From: Selaginella moellendorffii
Lineage: Eukaryota; Plantae; Lycopodiophyta
Assembly (NCBI RefSeq): GCF_000143415.4
Contig: NW_003314295.1
Coordinates: 1 to 64,000 of the forward strand
Reading direction: 5' to 3'
DNA: 64,000 nt
Below are positions 39,430 through 52,171 of this stretch, piece after piece. Under the pieces are notes generated by a model. It saw only the letters and a program-made list of their open reading frames with translations, ran no database searches and was not told the DNA's origin. Within the stretch, counting starts at the first letter, position 1. Each line of letters opens with the position of its first letter. A program made the translations under genes and the position numbers.

Positions 39430-42400
39430 ATGTCGCAGGAAAGGGTGCTTGTTCCTTTGATGGCTGGCAGCCGCGCACAGCTCAATGGTGAGCTCACGGA
39501 GGATTTCACTTGTGTTTCCAGGGCCGCGCTGCTTGGCCTTCTCAATACCGCGCTGAGCAATGGTAGCGGCGACGCGCAAAACATAGAGGTGACCATTTTC
39601 TCTCTTGCAAGTTGTACTAATCTTCCTTTCCCCTGCTCTCCAGCCTCTTGTGTGTCTCCTGGTCTCAACTGACGCGGAGATTGTGTTACTGGCTTTGGAA
39701 GTCATTGCCTCGATCGTGCGCTCGCATAAGCTCGCTCATGACAAGCAGACGAGCAAGATCCTGCGGGAGTTTTCTCGGGGCTGGGCGGGGAGTAACGGGC
39801 CTCTGGATTTGGAGTCCTGCATCTTTGGCGGTGACGCGGAACAAGCTCGTCTCGCATCCAGTCTCCACTTCGAGTTTTATCACGACGGGAAGCTGGAAGT
39901 CATTCAGCTGGGCATGGAAGCTCTGCGCATGGACGACTGTTTGGCTCTCTTCAACAGGCTGGTGTGCGAGTTCAACGTCCCCATGGAGCTCCGGTTTGCG
40001 TTGCTGACGAGAATCCGCTTCGCAAAGGCATTCTCGTCCACGGCAGCGAGGCAAACGTACGTGAGGATCTTGATCTTGTCTTTGGAGCTGATCCAGTGGC
40101 GGAAGCTCATGTCTAAGCAGCTGGCGGATGTCGTGGTGAGCGGCAAGGACGTTCCCGAGAGCATCCGGGTGGCGGCGCTCTATGCCTTGACGGCTTACGG
40201 GAAAAGAGACATTTTTACGCGTGCGAACAGGGAGAGGAAGGTGAAAGAGTTTCTCAGCGGGAACAGCCAGCATTCCAGTGACTTCATCCAGGCCTTGCTT
40301 TTCAACTCTTCTGTGGCCCGGCTCGATGGCAAAGACTTGGGAGTCGCAAGCATCGACAGCGTTTTGGCATGGCTGGAGGACGAGCTCGAGGGCCCTCGAG
40401 ACGGACGTATGATCAAGAGCCTACTGCTCTCCGAGGCTCTGCGTGCTCCGGGGGCTGTCCATGGCGACCAGAAGGCCCGGCTGGAGCGATGCTTGGTCAA
40501 AGTTTTCGGAAACTCCAAGCTGTTTGGAGGTGAAGTGTTTGATACAGCGGCTGGTGTGCTGCTATCTTGGGGTTGGAGTGATCAAGTAAAGGCTGCGTTT
40601 ACGGAGGCTATGGTTTCGGAAGCTATTCCGTCTGGGTGGCAGATCACAGAAGCAGCCGTCACGTACTTCTTATCAAGGATGACGCCTGGGATTCAAACGA
40701 AGACGGTGGAGTTGATTCGAAGGGACGTCGCGAGCGTCTCTGACGTCGTGCTGCTGGAAGCACTAAGCCAGGACAGTTTTACGTCGTTGCTAATCGAGGC
40801 TGGCGGCTACGAGTTTCTCCAGCAGCTCCCGGGATATGTGCTGGAAAGGCCACGAAGGAGTGCTGCGCTCAATCTCAGCGACAGCTCCTACGTAGAGATT
40901 GCCAGGAGTCTCTCCTCGGATTTTGGAAAGTGTGCTTGGCACTCGGAGCGGCTAGCCAGAGTTGTCGAGTGGCTGTTGTTCGACAACAACGGTGTCTGCA
41001 ACCTTTCCTTCCTGAAGCAGCTCTACACGCACGGGGCACTCGATAAGCTTCTGGCCAGCCTTGAAGGGCTGGGAGGGTGGTCTTCACAGGCGGCATTACC
41101 ACCACTGGACGCATACTTCTCCACTTTGAAGCAGCTCCTGGAGAATCACTCGGCCCTCGTAGGGGTGGTCGTCGACGAAAGCAGACTGGTTCACCGGATT
41201 CTCCACGCCGTTGTTGCGGTGTTTCGACTTTGTCACGGGCTGGCTACTCCAGAGGCCGCCGAAACTCTCCTCCTCACTGTCTGGAAGCGATGTGACTGCC
41301 AGGAAAGGCAGCGGGTCCTGGTTTCTCTACTCAAAGAGCTGGGACGCGGAGGTGCCGCAGCTGCTACCGTGGTAGCTCTACTCGTTACCAAAGATGGTGG
41401 TGCTGCAGCATTTGCTCGAGCCCGAGGTGGGGTGGCGAGGACGGTGCTAGAGCTGCTCGAGTCTTCAGCGTCGCCTTCAGAAGATCTGCTGCGGATCCTA
41501 AACCGTATGTTTGAAGCTCGGGGTGACGACGACAGTGGCAATCCTTTTACTCCGACAGACTTGCCCGAGCAAAGCGACGAGCTCATGGCAAGGGCAGTAG
41601 TTTGGTATGGCAACTCCCTCCGATGCAGGACTACTCTCTGCATCTCGGAGCTTGCCAAGCTTGGTGAAACACTAACGAGGAATCACAGCGTTGCACAGGA
41701 GCTGCTAAAGGCGGGTGATTTGGCTGGCCTTGTCGACGCGATTCTGGAACTAGTCTCCGCGGATCCATGCTCCAAGAGCTACGCTTTCAGGACCGTGGTT
41801 CATTTGCTGGAAGATAGACAGATGCTGTATCATAGCATGGTGCGCAAGATCTGGACGTATATGAAGATGACCTTTGACACGAAGTTTGATAGGAGCTGCA
41901 AGAGGAAGTGTGACACGGGTCTCTTCGTGACGAGCTTCTCGTCCTTGGCCTTTAGAGAGCCCGATGTTTTCATGCAAGCGTCCTTTGATACCTGTGAAGT
42001 TGACGACGAGAACTACATGCGTTTGAAGGACCCCGACGTTTACCCGGATAGTAACGCCAGTGCTGCTGCTTCGGACGTCTTCACCCGGCTGCTGGATCTT
42101 CTTTTGGACAGGCTAGACGACATTGCGTTGGAGCTCTTGACAGAGATAGTTGACGAGATCCCAGGCACACCGCAAGCCGTGGACGCCGCGATTGTTGAGC
42201 GTGTTTTGCAAAGCAGCGTGGATGCAGCCTTGGTTCGCAAGTTCGTAGGCGCCTTGATACGGCGCGAGAAAGACAGTTCCATAACTCCAGCCTTGATGAG
42301 CGCGTTCTCGTCCCAGCCGGACACGGTGAAACTGGTCTACCTCTCCAGAAATGTGCAGTGCTGCTTCCAGTATATCACCATCCCAGTGGCCGACTGCATG

Positions 42401-45215
42401 CTCAAAGCTCTCGGCGGACTCGACTTGGACCATCCAGAGGCAGGAGCCGTGGCAGCTTCGATCTTTGGGGTGCTGTCAGGATCCCGGGATGGCGATGATC
42501 TCCCAGGTCCAACTTTCGATGAGCCTAAGGTGTCGGATGATGGCGTCGCAGCTTTTCTCGTTAACTGGCGGCAGATGGGGGCTCAAAGTAGCAGTGCTGC
42601 CGAGGAAAGCTCGATCCAAGACGACGGGAAAATGGACGACGAGGAAGTGGATGACGAGGACGAGGAAGTGGATGACGAGGACAAGGACGAGGAAGTGGAT
42701 GACGAGGACAAGGACGAGGAAGTGGATGACGAGGACGAGGACTGGATGTCCTGGAAGATTGGCGAGGATGTTTTGGAGATACTCGTCAAGTTCCTGTGGC
42801 TCCATCCTGCTCATACAGGCCATTGTCTCTTGCAATTGGCCCGTCTTTTTAAAGAGCATGCTCCTTGTGCTGCGCTTTCGAAAGCTTTGCTTGGCATGGT
42901 CCTGAGGCCTGGAGCGATGCGATCTTTTGGATCACGTCTCTGGCATCGTTGTTCCATCTCCGGTAAGTTTTGGCTCCCTGTTGCTTCACCATTCTTATTT
43001 CACAGTGTTCGTTGCAGGAGTTCCAGACTTTGTGTTGGAACGAATGGTTTATATACATATCAGGCTGGTGTATCGCGGCTATTTCTTGGAAGAAGATAAT
43101 GCGGTTGCTTTCGTACCTGTGCTCGTCAATATGCTGGATAAAAATCGCAGGCTTTCGAAGCTGGCGATGAAGATGCTGAAGATCGTAGTGCAGCACCTTC
43201 ACAAAACAATCTCCATAGCTCTTTCAGAGGCGGAGGTTCACAAGCTCTGCCGTACCGTGCTTTTCACCAGCGAAAGGTAATTTATCTTCTTTTTCTCATA
43301 TAGCTTGTCCGGACGATCACCTTTTATTTGTGCTATGCTTGTTTTGTAAAACAGATCGTCGCTTGACACCTTGGCCGACTTGCTCGTCTTGAATCCCGCT
43401 CTCTCGCCAGCCGTTGCCTCGCGTTTGACGAGCTTGTCCACGGAAGTTGGCAACTGTGCCTTGGAAAGCTTAGAGCGCGGCAATCACTCATGCAACGAGA
43501 CCGTCGCTCGCCTTGCTCAACTCTTCGAGCGACTTGTAGATCAGCAAAACGTGGAAGCAAGGGAGCACCTGGTCCGAACACTAGATCCGCTGTGGAGATT
43601 TGTGCGCGAGCCACAAAACATGAGGAAGACACGACCACTCGTCGAGGCCTTCTTCCTCACTCAAGCACTCGGCTCCAGTAGCGCACCGCCAGACTCAGCC
43701 GTGACCACTCTACAAAGCATAGCCAAGAGACACCCTCGCTACCTCAAGCTCGCGCTGCCCATGCTCCGGAAGTGGCCATGCCTTTTGAGCTTGGGCTTGG
43801 AGTTCAAGCTCGAGTTTGTGCGAGGCAGCTTTACGTCTTGCACGAAATCTACACCACGTCCGCGGCTCCCCGTGACGAGGGACTGCATTCTACAGGATTC
43901 TCGCAAGGGCCTTGCGCAGCTGACGCCCGAGGTGCTCAGGATCTCCAGGAGCGTGGTTTTGGAGTTTGTGGACGAATCGAGAGATGATTTGGGTGGATTA
44001 AGACGAGAGTGGTTTCACCTTGTGTCGCGGGAGATTGGGGAGAAGCTGTTTACCACAGTTGGGGATGATCGCTACCAGCCATATCCAAGCTTGTCCGATA
44101 GCAACCTCTCGGACTTTAAGTTCGTTGGTCAGCTGGTGAGTGGTTTCTTTTTTTCTATTTTTCTCAGTGCCAACCTTTCTCTTTGTTATCAGGTAGCCAA
44201 AGCTATTGTGGACGATGAAAGGCTTGATTTACGCTTTACTCGCACCTTCTACAAGCACATACTAGGACAGGAGGTGACATACAAGGATATGGATGAAGAG
44301 TTTGTCAAGAATATTACTTGGTTGCTGGAGGTACGTTTCTTTTATTTGTTTCACTTCTCTTATGAAGGTTTTTATTATTGCAGAACAACGTTGATGAATC
44401 AATAGGCCTGACTTTTAGTGTGGATATAGAGCATTGTACATCAGGTGGAAAAACTGAGGTAACTAGAAGTTCATTTAAGCTTGTTTATAAGGCTGATTTT
44501 GGAGTATAATTACAGTTGATTACCTGTGATCTTGTGGCTGGGGGAAGAGATATCTCTGTGACTGATGCAAATAAGCACGACTACGTGATGTTATTAGGGG
44601 AATATTTGATGACAAAATCAATCAAGCCACAGCTAAATGCATTTTTGGATGGGTTTTATGAATTAATTCCTATTGGCTTGTTATCAAACCTGAATGCTGA
44701 TGACTTGGAGTTGCTCATATGTGGATCTTCTAAAATAGATGGTAAGTTTTTCATAAATTAAATTATGTATGTCTAATATAAATTCTATGTATGCAGTTCA
44801 AGATATTAAAAATGTTGCGAAATGTAAGCATCATCACCATATTTTAAAATGGTTTTGGACCACAATTAAGGGCTTTAATGAAAAAAACAAAGAAATGTTA
44901 TTGAAATTTATAACTGGAAGTCCAAAGGTAAATATATATATAACTCAAATTGATTTTTATTAACTTTTTATTTATTAGGTTCCATTTTCTGGCTTAAACA
45001 GTTTTTATATTGGTTATTTAGAAGAAGAAAATCATTATTTACCAGTTGCAAATACATGGTAAGTATTTCACTTATATTAAATTTCTTTACTAAATATATG
45101 ATTTTATTGTTATAGTGTTAATCAGATTTTGTTGCCTCTTTATAAGTCTAAGGAACAACTTAGAGAAAAATTATTATTAGCGATATACGAAGGGGCTGAG
45201 AGGTTTGGTTTTTAA
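39430..45215 (+). CDS. HECT E3 ubiquitin ligase, shortened and diverged UPL1/UPL2 (HUWE1/Tom1)-like
   Basis: N-terminal UPL1-like segments (LLVSTDAEIV, SRGW, LHFEFY, LRFALLTRIRFAKAF) and an acidic tract. C-terminal HECT domain: DLGGLRREWF, FTRTFYKHILG, LELLICG, LLKFITGS, LPVANTC (catalytic Cys codon split by an intron) and terminal EGAERFGF*. Confidence 0.88.
42636..42742 (+). repeat. Coding minisatellite (EEVDDED[KD] units) in the HECT gene
   Basis: GACGAGGAAGTGGATGACGAG[GACAAG] repeated four times. Confidence 0.9.
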
Positions 45216-47106
45216 GTTGTTCACTATAAATTTAAAATAATTCTTTTGTATAAAAATGTATAAATTTATAAAAGTGATTTCTCCAAATTGAAAAATTATA
45301 ATAATAAATTTTATAGCTTCAGAATAACATAAAATTTTAATAAAAATAGGATAAAATGGACTATGTTTTGTGGTAATGGATATACCTAAAATATGCTTAG
45401 ATATTCTAGTATATTCTATTAATTCATGCATTTAGATTAATTTATATTTATAAATTATAAAAAATAATAATTTTTAAGGTTTCAAAAGTATATTCAATAG
45501 ATAGTTTGTTTAAAAGCCCCTTTTTGGTTAAAGTTGGATTTATAATTATCTCAATATTAATTCCCAAGAGTAAAAATCTTTAGGGTTGGTTGGTTAAATA
45601 GGCTTTTGCAATTAATGACTTAATATGGCTGATATAGATATTTTGTTTTGTGCACCATTAGTGGTTGCTAATGGGTTGCCTCCTCCATTTCCAAAAAATG
45701 AATTACCTCATCAAGTGGTGGGTGCTAGTATGGATCCACTAATTGCAAAATGTTTTGGGTAGTGAGCTTTATGATGATTATAATTTTTTGGTGTAGAATA
45801 AAAAGTTCAAGGTGGTTAAAGATATAAATTGGTGATGGTGTTGAGTAGCAATTGGTAGTATTAATATATTATTTGAACTTTTTGTTACCACTTAGGGTAT
45901 TACAAGGTTTTAAACAAGCCATGGCAACCATTTGCAACATGATTTCAAGCATCACAACCCTTGTTTGATTGACCATTTTTTGGGATGGTGGATTGTTTTT
46001 TCAATAATGATTATGCATCTTTTGATGATTAATGATTTTTTATGATGGTTAATTGTTATTTTGATGGTTTTTAGTTTTTTATATTACCATATGTTCTTTG
46101 TTGTTTGTTTTGGATTGGTTTTTTGGGTTTAAGATATCAATAAAATGTTGCTGACACTTGCTTGAGCAACTTTAATTCCTTTGTATTATTGATTAGAATT
46201 TATCTAGATTAGCTAGTGTGATAATTAGCATAACCAAGTGTTTATTAGCCCTTGTGGCATTAATTGGTTCTGATAGATTTGAATGTTATTTCCTTTAGAT
46301 GATACATTTCCTTTAGCTAGTCAATGATATTTTGTGTTCTTTAAGTTATCTTTCATAAATTGTTTGGCATATTATCTACAAATTTTAGTAGTTTAGTTTT
46401 ATCATTGAGTTTTTTTGATGATATACTTGCTATTGAATTTTGTTAGATGGTTAATCCTATGACTTTAAACTAATGATCTTGGTGGTTTTTATAATTCTAG
46501 TAAATTAGATGATAATTTAATTGGAATTTGTGTTCTAATCTAAGAATAATTTATAATTTAGTCTTTAAGATATCATTATTTCTGACTTTGATATTGTTTA
46601 TCTATTGATCTTTGGATTTAGACCAATATAAGTAAATTGGCTTTAGCACTTTGTGTGCATAGTGAAATCTTTAGTTATAAAATAACTATAGTCAACTAGT
46701 CATATCACTTGCCTCTCGCTTTTGATGTTTTTTACTTTGTTAAAAGGGTATAATTGTGTAAATAACTTTAACTACCTATTTACAATAATTTATCTAAACC
46801 TTACCGATAGATTTAGTTTATTTGTTTAGCCTTTGGCTTCTCTCTCTATATCACTTATAAGCAAAGGCATATTATCTTTTGTAAATTGAGTGAAATCCAA
46901 AGTACCAAGGATGGCTAATTCCATAGTGACGGCCAGAAAGTATTTAAATGGTAGTGCATTTTCATTAGACAAAGAAGTTACCCTTTAACTCATTTAAGTT
47001 TATACATTTCTCACAAAGTGTGAATACTATAAACTTTTATTAGAGTTATTTTTTTAGTGGCAGTCTAAATTAAAGCATGCATCGACACACACATCAATCC
47101 TCTCTA

Positions 47107-48261
47107 AGGGAGGAGAGTGTCTTGAATGTGACTAGGTATCAAAAATTACTTATCAACTAGTCTTTTCAAATATTCTTTTCTTACTGCCACGATAGCAAAA
47201 GGTCAGTATTGTTGGACCCTAATTGAGAAATTAATTATCATATATGTACTTATGCTAAATGAATATAAAGTAGAAACTCCTATGTGTTTTCTTGCTAAAC
47301 ATATTTGGCCTGGTATGAAAAACTCATTTGCACTTGCTAATGTTGAGAACCATATTCAACTTAGTCCCTCAACGTTCATTAGATGATAATTTACTATGTC
47401 CACTAAGATATTCTTGCTATCATTCCCCCATATGTTAATTCCATTTGGTTCTATTGGTTATTTATGGAAAGTGTTTAGATTTGTTAGTTTAGCATATATA
47501 CAAAATGTAAAAATTATCCTGAACATAATGATATTGTTTGCATGTTTAAATTCACAATCTAATGTCATTTGATATTGAGTAAGTTTTCATAATTACCCCA
47601 AAAACTAACTCTTATGACTAAGATGAAAGCCCAAAGCATGTTTTCTTAGGGGGAGGGGGAGCTTTAAGGGTTTCCAAATGTATAATAGAAATAGTGGGGG
47701 GAGTTTTAGGGGTTTTCAAATGCCAAATGCAAAACAAGAATAAACATGTAAATAAAGAGCTAACTATACCTTTAGTTGATTAACCATGCCCAATCTACCC
47801 ACCATTTCTATTATACTTGGGTTCAAATCTAAACTCTATACCATGCTAGCTTAGACACTACAAGGTTGATTATCTATAGTTAATAAAAAATAATAAAGTT
47901 TTAGTGGAATATTTATATACTTGCGTTATGCTGAAATAGTGCCAAACTTTATTTAGCTCTATTTTATATGTTAGTCGGTGTTGGGATGCTGAATGCTTTA
48001 AGATTATTCCTATATCATCCATGCTTTTGTTCTTTTGCTTTTTTGGTTAAATGCTCAAAAATCATTTTGTGTTTTGGTTCTTTTGCTCCTTGGTTGTATC
48101 ATCGAGAGTTTAGCTTCATTTCTTCATTTAATACCCCAAGACCCTAAACTTGGGTTCCACTTTGTTGCTACCTAGCCCATATATTGGTTTGATTAAAATT
48201 TTGCTTCATAGTTAATCTATGATAAATCACTATAGGGTAAATGAAAGCTATATGTGCTACA
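47107..48261 (+). mobile_element. Ancient AT-eroded LTR of the same Gypsy family, preceded by a PPT
   Basis: AGGGAGGAGAG|TGTC...AATGTGAC at the start and ...GATAAATCACTATAGGGTAAA...TGTGCTACA at the end. Collinear with the reverse complement of the solo LTR. Confidence 0.75.
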
Positions 48262-48949
48262 AATATTTATTAACTAATTCTTTTAGATATTCTACCACTA
48301 TAAAAGATTAACATTGATAATTCCTTTTATTAGTCCCTTTTGTTTAAATGTAGTAAACTGTACTAAGCCAAATAAGCACAAAGTAGAAACTTCTATATAT
48401 TTTTTATTAAATATAATAGGTCTAACTTTTAGTTCTTTTTTGCTTTATTTTTCACTAATATAGCAAAAACCCTTATATATTGAGCATTAGTCCCTTAATA
48501 TTGCTACATGATAATTTATAGTATTTATTAAATATTCTTGTTATTATGCCCTTTATGTTTATTCTATTTTGATTCTATTAACTTACCAAAATAACACACT
48601 ATAGTGTTATTTCCACATCTAAATTTGTAATATTTTTTTAAAGCAAGCTTTCATAATTTATAAATGCAAAATTAATCTTATTTAGAATAAACTGAATTAT
48701 ACTAAGAAGTATTTAATAAAAAAGTTTATATATTATAATACAAGATTCATCTAAATGAATAAAATAGTAAAATATCCTAAAATATTTAAATATGTTAGTT
48801 ATTCCTTTATATAAAAAAAAGAAGAGGTCCTTCTAAAAAAAGTGAGTGTAGAAGAGCCTTGCCTACCTGGTAACAAAAAAGAGAAGTCAATCATCCATAG
48901 CCTGGGACAGCAGTTCCATTTAAATCCTGCAGGGGAATCTTGCGTCTTC

Positions 48950-51900
48950 TTACCAGAAGTCTCGGCAAGAGCAAACACCACCCTGGAAAACGTGGAACCG
49001 ATTCGAGTCGCGCACAACGATCTGGCGCTTGAAGATCTTGGATATAAGCTTGGTGGCGGTGTGGCAGTCGGGGCACGCCCGCAAGTTAGTGAGGACTCGC
49101 AGCGCTGTTCCTGGAGCGGTGCTCATCATCCCAAACGCGATGGCCAGCTTCTCGCTGTGCAAGCAAACCAGCTGTTCTTTCACCTCGTCGCTCAGCTCGT
49201 AATGCAGCACCTCTCCCGTGTCTGGAGAGTAGCCCCGCTCCACCATTGCGGCGTGGATCTTCCGCAGCTCCTCGTAGATGTCCTCGTTCTTGGGGTGCGA
49301 GGCATCTCCAACGACGAACTTGTGGACCCTTCCATCGATCTCGATCATGCTTACTCCTAGCAGCTTGGCCAGCGATCGTTGCTTCATCATGCTCCCCACT
49401 CGAGCAGCGTCGTCGTGCCTCCCGGCTGCGGCATAGACGCTGGCCAGCGTCACGTACGGGACCGAGCTCTCGGTGGCGAGCTCCAAGAGTTTGTCGGCGA
49501 TCTCCGCCGCTCGAGCGGCGTCGCGGTAGATCTTGCACGCGCCCAGCAAGCTCCCCCAGGCGGCCTCGCTGGGAAGAAACGGCATGCTCTCGATCAAGTC
49601 GTGGGCTTCCTCCAGCCGGCCCGAGCGGCCGAGGAGATCCACCATGCAGCAGTAGTGCTCCTGCGAGGCCTTGATCCCAAAGTCGTGGAGCATCGACACG
49701 AAGAGCTCGCGGCTCGTCTCCACGAGCCCGAGGTGGCAGCACGCAGCGAGGAGGCTCATGAAAGTTAGATCGTTGGCTCTCACTCCCTCGGAGCTCATGG
49801 CCTGGAACACGGCTAGAGCAGTCACTCCCTGCTCGTTCTGAGCGTATGCATGGACGAGCGAGTTCCAGGAGACAACGTTGCGAGAGGCCATTCGGTCGAA
49901 CAAAGCTCTTGCCTCGTCAAGATAGCCGTTTTGAGCGTAGCCCGCGAGCATTGTGTTGTAGAGAACGGTGTCTTGCTGGTGGTGCGCCGCCGCCGTGGTA
50001 GACTTCTGGAACAGGAGCTTGGCCTCCTGAATATAACCACGCTGGGCAAAACCGGCAACCATGGTACTGACCATCGCACCGTCGTCCAGCTCATGCAAGC
50101 TCGCAAACATCTTCTTGGCGTCCTGGACATGCCCGTTTTGCGTATAGGCCGCGAGCATGGCGGTGCACGAAACAACGTTCTTCTCGGGTATCTCATCAAA
50201 CACTCGTTTCGCGCTGGAGAGGAGACCATTCTGTCCGTAAGTCGCCACCATCGCGTTCCACGAGATGATGTCGCGCGCGGGCATTGCCGCGAACACGGCC
50301 TCGGCTTCTTCCAGGTGTCCGTTCGCAGCGAACGAGGAGGCCATCACATTCCACCCGAACAAGCTCCTCTCGGGCATACTGTCGAAAGTTTGCTTGGCTT
50401 TGGCCGCGGCTTCACACTGCGCGTACGCCGTCACCATTGCCGTCCACGAGATCAAGTCGTGGCTCGGCATTTTGCGAAACGTTGCTTCCGACTCGCCGAG
50501 ATGGCCCGTGGTGGCGAAAGCCGAGAGCATGCTCGTCCAGCTTACGACGTTCCTGACTGGCATCTTGTCAAAGAGGAGCTTGGCACCATGAGAATTGCCA
50601 CTGTGAGCGTAGGCTTTGATCATACTCGTCCAGGCCATTGCGTTCTTCTCCTGCATTTGATCGAACGCACTCTTGGCTTCCTCCACCAGCCCATTCTCTG
50701 CGTAAGCCTGGACGATGGTGCTCCAGGAAAGCACGTCTTTCTCCGGCATAGCATCAAACAAGGACTTTGCTTGCTCAAGCTGGGAGCTGTGAGCAAGCAC
50801 CGCCACCATGGCATTGCATGAGACCAAGTCCCACTCCGGCATCCTGTGGAACAGAAGTGTTGCTTTGGCGAAGTTTCCAGCCGAGCCAAGACCCGAGAGC
50901 ATCGAGTTCCAAGTCACGATGTTCCTCGCAAGCATCGTCTCGAAAATCCGCCATGCTTCGTGTGATTGGAAACTTTGTGTGCAGCTTGCAACCATCGCAG
51001 TGCAAGCGACCACATTCCACATCGGCATCCTGTAGAAAAACTCTCGAGCGACGGATGGTTCCTCGTTTTGTGCCCCGACTATGGCAGTCCACGAGAAAGC
51101 GTCCCTTCTCGGCATAGAATCAAAAACTTCCTTGGCTTGTTTCGTATATCCGGCTTGGGCATACGCTTGAACCATGCTGTTCCACGACACGAGGTTCTTG
51201 TCGGGCATTGCTCGAAAAATCTCTGCTGCTTCTCTTATACTTCCGCTTTGGCTGTAAACTTGCGAGAGGGAGTTCCAAGTTACTACTGACCAGTTTGGCA
51301 TCCTATCAAACACGGCCTTAGCTTCTACAAGTTGGCGGCTCTGGCCATAAACGTTGACGAGAGAGCTCCAAGACACAAGATCCCGCTGACGCATAGCTTC
51401 AAAGACTTCTTTGGCTCTAGCAACATCAAAAATTTCTCCGAGCGCTGCAACGATCGAATTCCACGACACAACATCCCACTGAGGCATCTTGTCAAAAACC
51501 ACCTTAGCTTCTTTGTAATACCCGTTCTGGGCATTCATAGAGATCATCGTGTTCCAAGAGATAACATTTCTCTCGAGCATTTTCTCAAACGCCGCTTTGG
51601 ATTCCTCCACTTTTCCCAAGGTGGCATAGGTTGGAAGCATCGCATTGCATGACGCTACGTCCCATTCTGGCCTCCTGTGAAAGATCCTCTTGGCCTCCTC
51701 CAGATACCCATTGCGGGCATACGCTACCGTGAGCAGGCTCCACGAGAGCGAATTGGAGCTCGCGGCTTCCTCAAACACGATTCTCGCCTCTCTGGGGCTG
51801 CCACATCGCCCATACATCTGGATGAGCAAATTCGCAAGGAACCTGTCCGGCCAGATGCCGCTACCGACGATCCAGGCATGGACCCGCCTGCCCTCTTCCA

Positions 51901-51964
51901 AATCTCTGGATTCGCCACAAGCGCGAACGACACTGGCGAGGAATTGGATGGAGCAGCGCGCCAT
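48950..51964 (-). CDS. PLS-E-DYW PPR protein (organellar C-to-U RNA editing factor)
   Basis: 1004-aa intronless ORF with more than 20 PPR repeats and E/E+ domains. HSEKLA and CPDCH deaminase motifs. Ends CSCRDFW. Confidence 0.96.
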   Translation of the reverse strand: MARCSIQFLASVVRACGESRDLEEGRRVHAWIVGSGIWPDRFLANLLIQMYGRCGSPREARIVFEEAASSNSLSWSLLTVAYARNGYLEEAKRIFHRRPEWDVASCNAMLPTYATLGKVEESKAAFEKMLERNVISWNTMISMNAQNGYYKEAKVVFDKMPQWDVVSWNSIVAALGEIFDVARAKEVFEAMRQRDLVSWSSLVNVYGQSRQLVEAKAVFDRMPNWSVVTWNSLSQVYSQSGSIREAAEIFRAMPDKNLVSWNSMVQAYAQAGYTKQAKEVFDSMPRRDAFSWTAIVGAQNEEPSVAREFFYRMPMWNVVACTAMVASCTQSFQSHEAWRIFETMLARNIVTWNSMLSGLGSAGNFAKATLLFHRMPEWDLVSCNAMVAVLAHSSQLEQAKSLFDAMPEKDVLSWSTIVQAYAENGLVEEAKSAFDQMQEKNAMAWTSMIKAYAHSGNSHGAKLLFDKMPVRNVVSWTSMLSAFATTGHLGESEATFRKMPSHDLISWTAMVTAYAQCEAAAKAKQTFDSMPERSLFGWNVMASSFAANGHLEEAEAVFAAMPARDIISWNAMVATYGQNGLLSSAKRVFDEIPEKNVVSCTAMLAAYTQNGHVQDAKKMFASLHELDDGAMVSTMVAGFAQRGYIQEAKLLFQKSTTAAAHHQQDTVLYNTMLAGYAQNGYLDEARALFDRMASRNVVSWNSLVHAYAQNEQGVTALAVFQAMSSEGVRANDLTFMSLLAACCHLGLVETSRELFVSMLHDFGIKASQEHYCCMVDLLGRSGRLEEAHDLIESMPFLPSEAAWGSLLGACKIYRDAARAAEIADKLLELATESSVPYVTLASVYAAAGRHDDAARVGSMMKQRSLAKLLGVSMIEIDGRVHKFVVGDASHPKNEDIYEELRKIHAAMVERGYSPDTGEVLHYELSDEVKEQLVCLHSEKLAIAFGMMSTAPGTALRVLTNLRACPDCHTATKLISKIFKRQIVVRDSNRFHVFQGGVCSCRDFW

Positions 51965-52171
51965 TCCATTCCTATCGCCATCGAAGGCCAGCCAGAGGAC
52001 GAAGAAGCACGAATATGCTCTTTTGGTGCCTTAAAGCACTCGGGAAGATTAGGGTTCTTGGGTTAGAGGGCGCTTGGCTGGAGGAGAGAGAGGTATGGAG
52101 CGGGCGCTGCGCCGGCGCCGTGGATTGATGGGTTTGTTTCTCTCTTGTCCAGGCTGCGCGAAGAATCGAAG

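Noticed and set aside
49850-50821. Long antisense ORFs over PPR, HECT and RZ-1 genes
   Set aside because: Shadow ORFs from GC-rich codon usage on the opposite strand.
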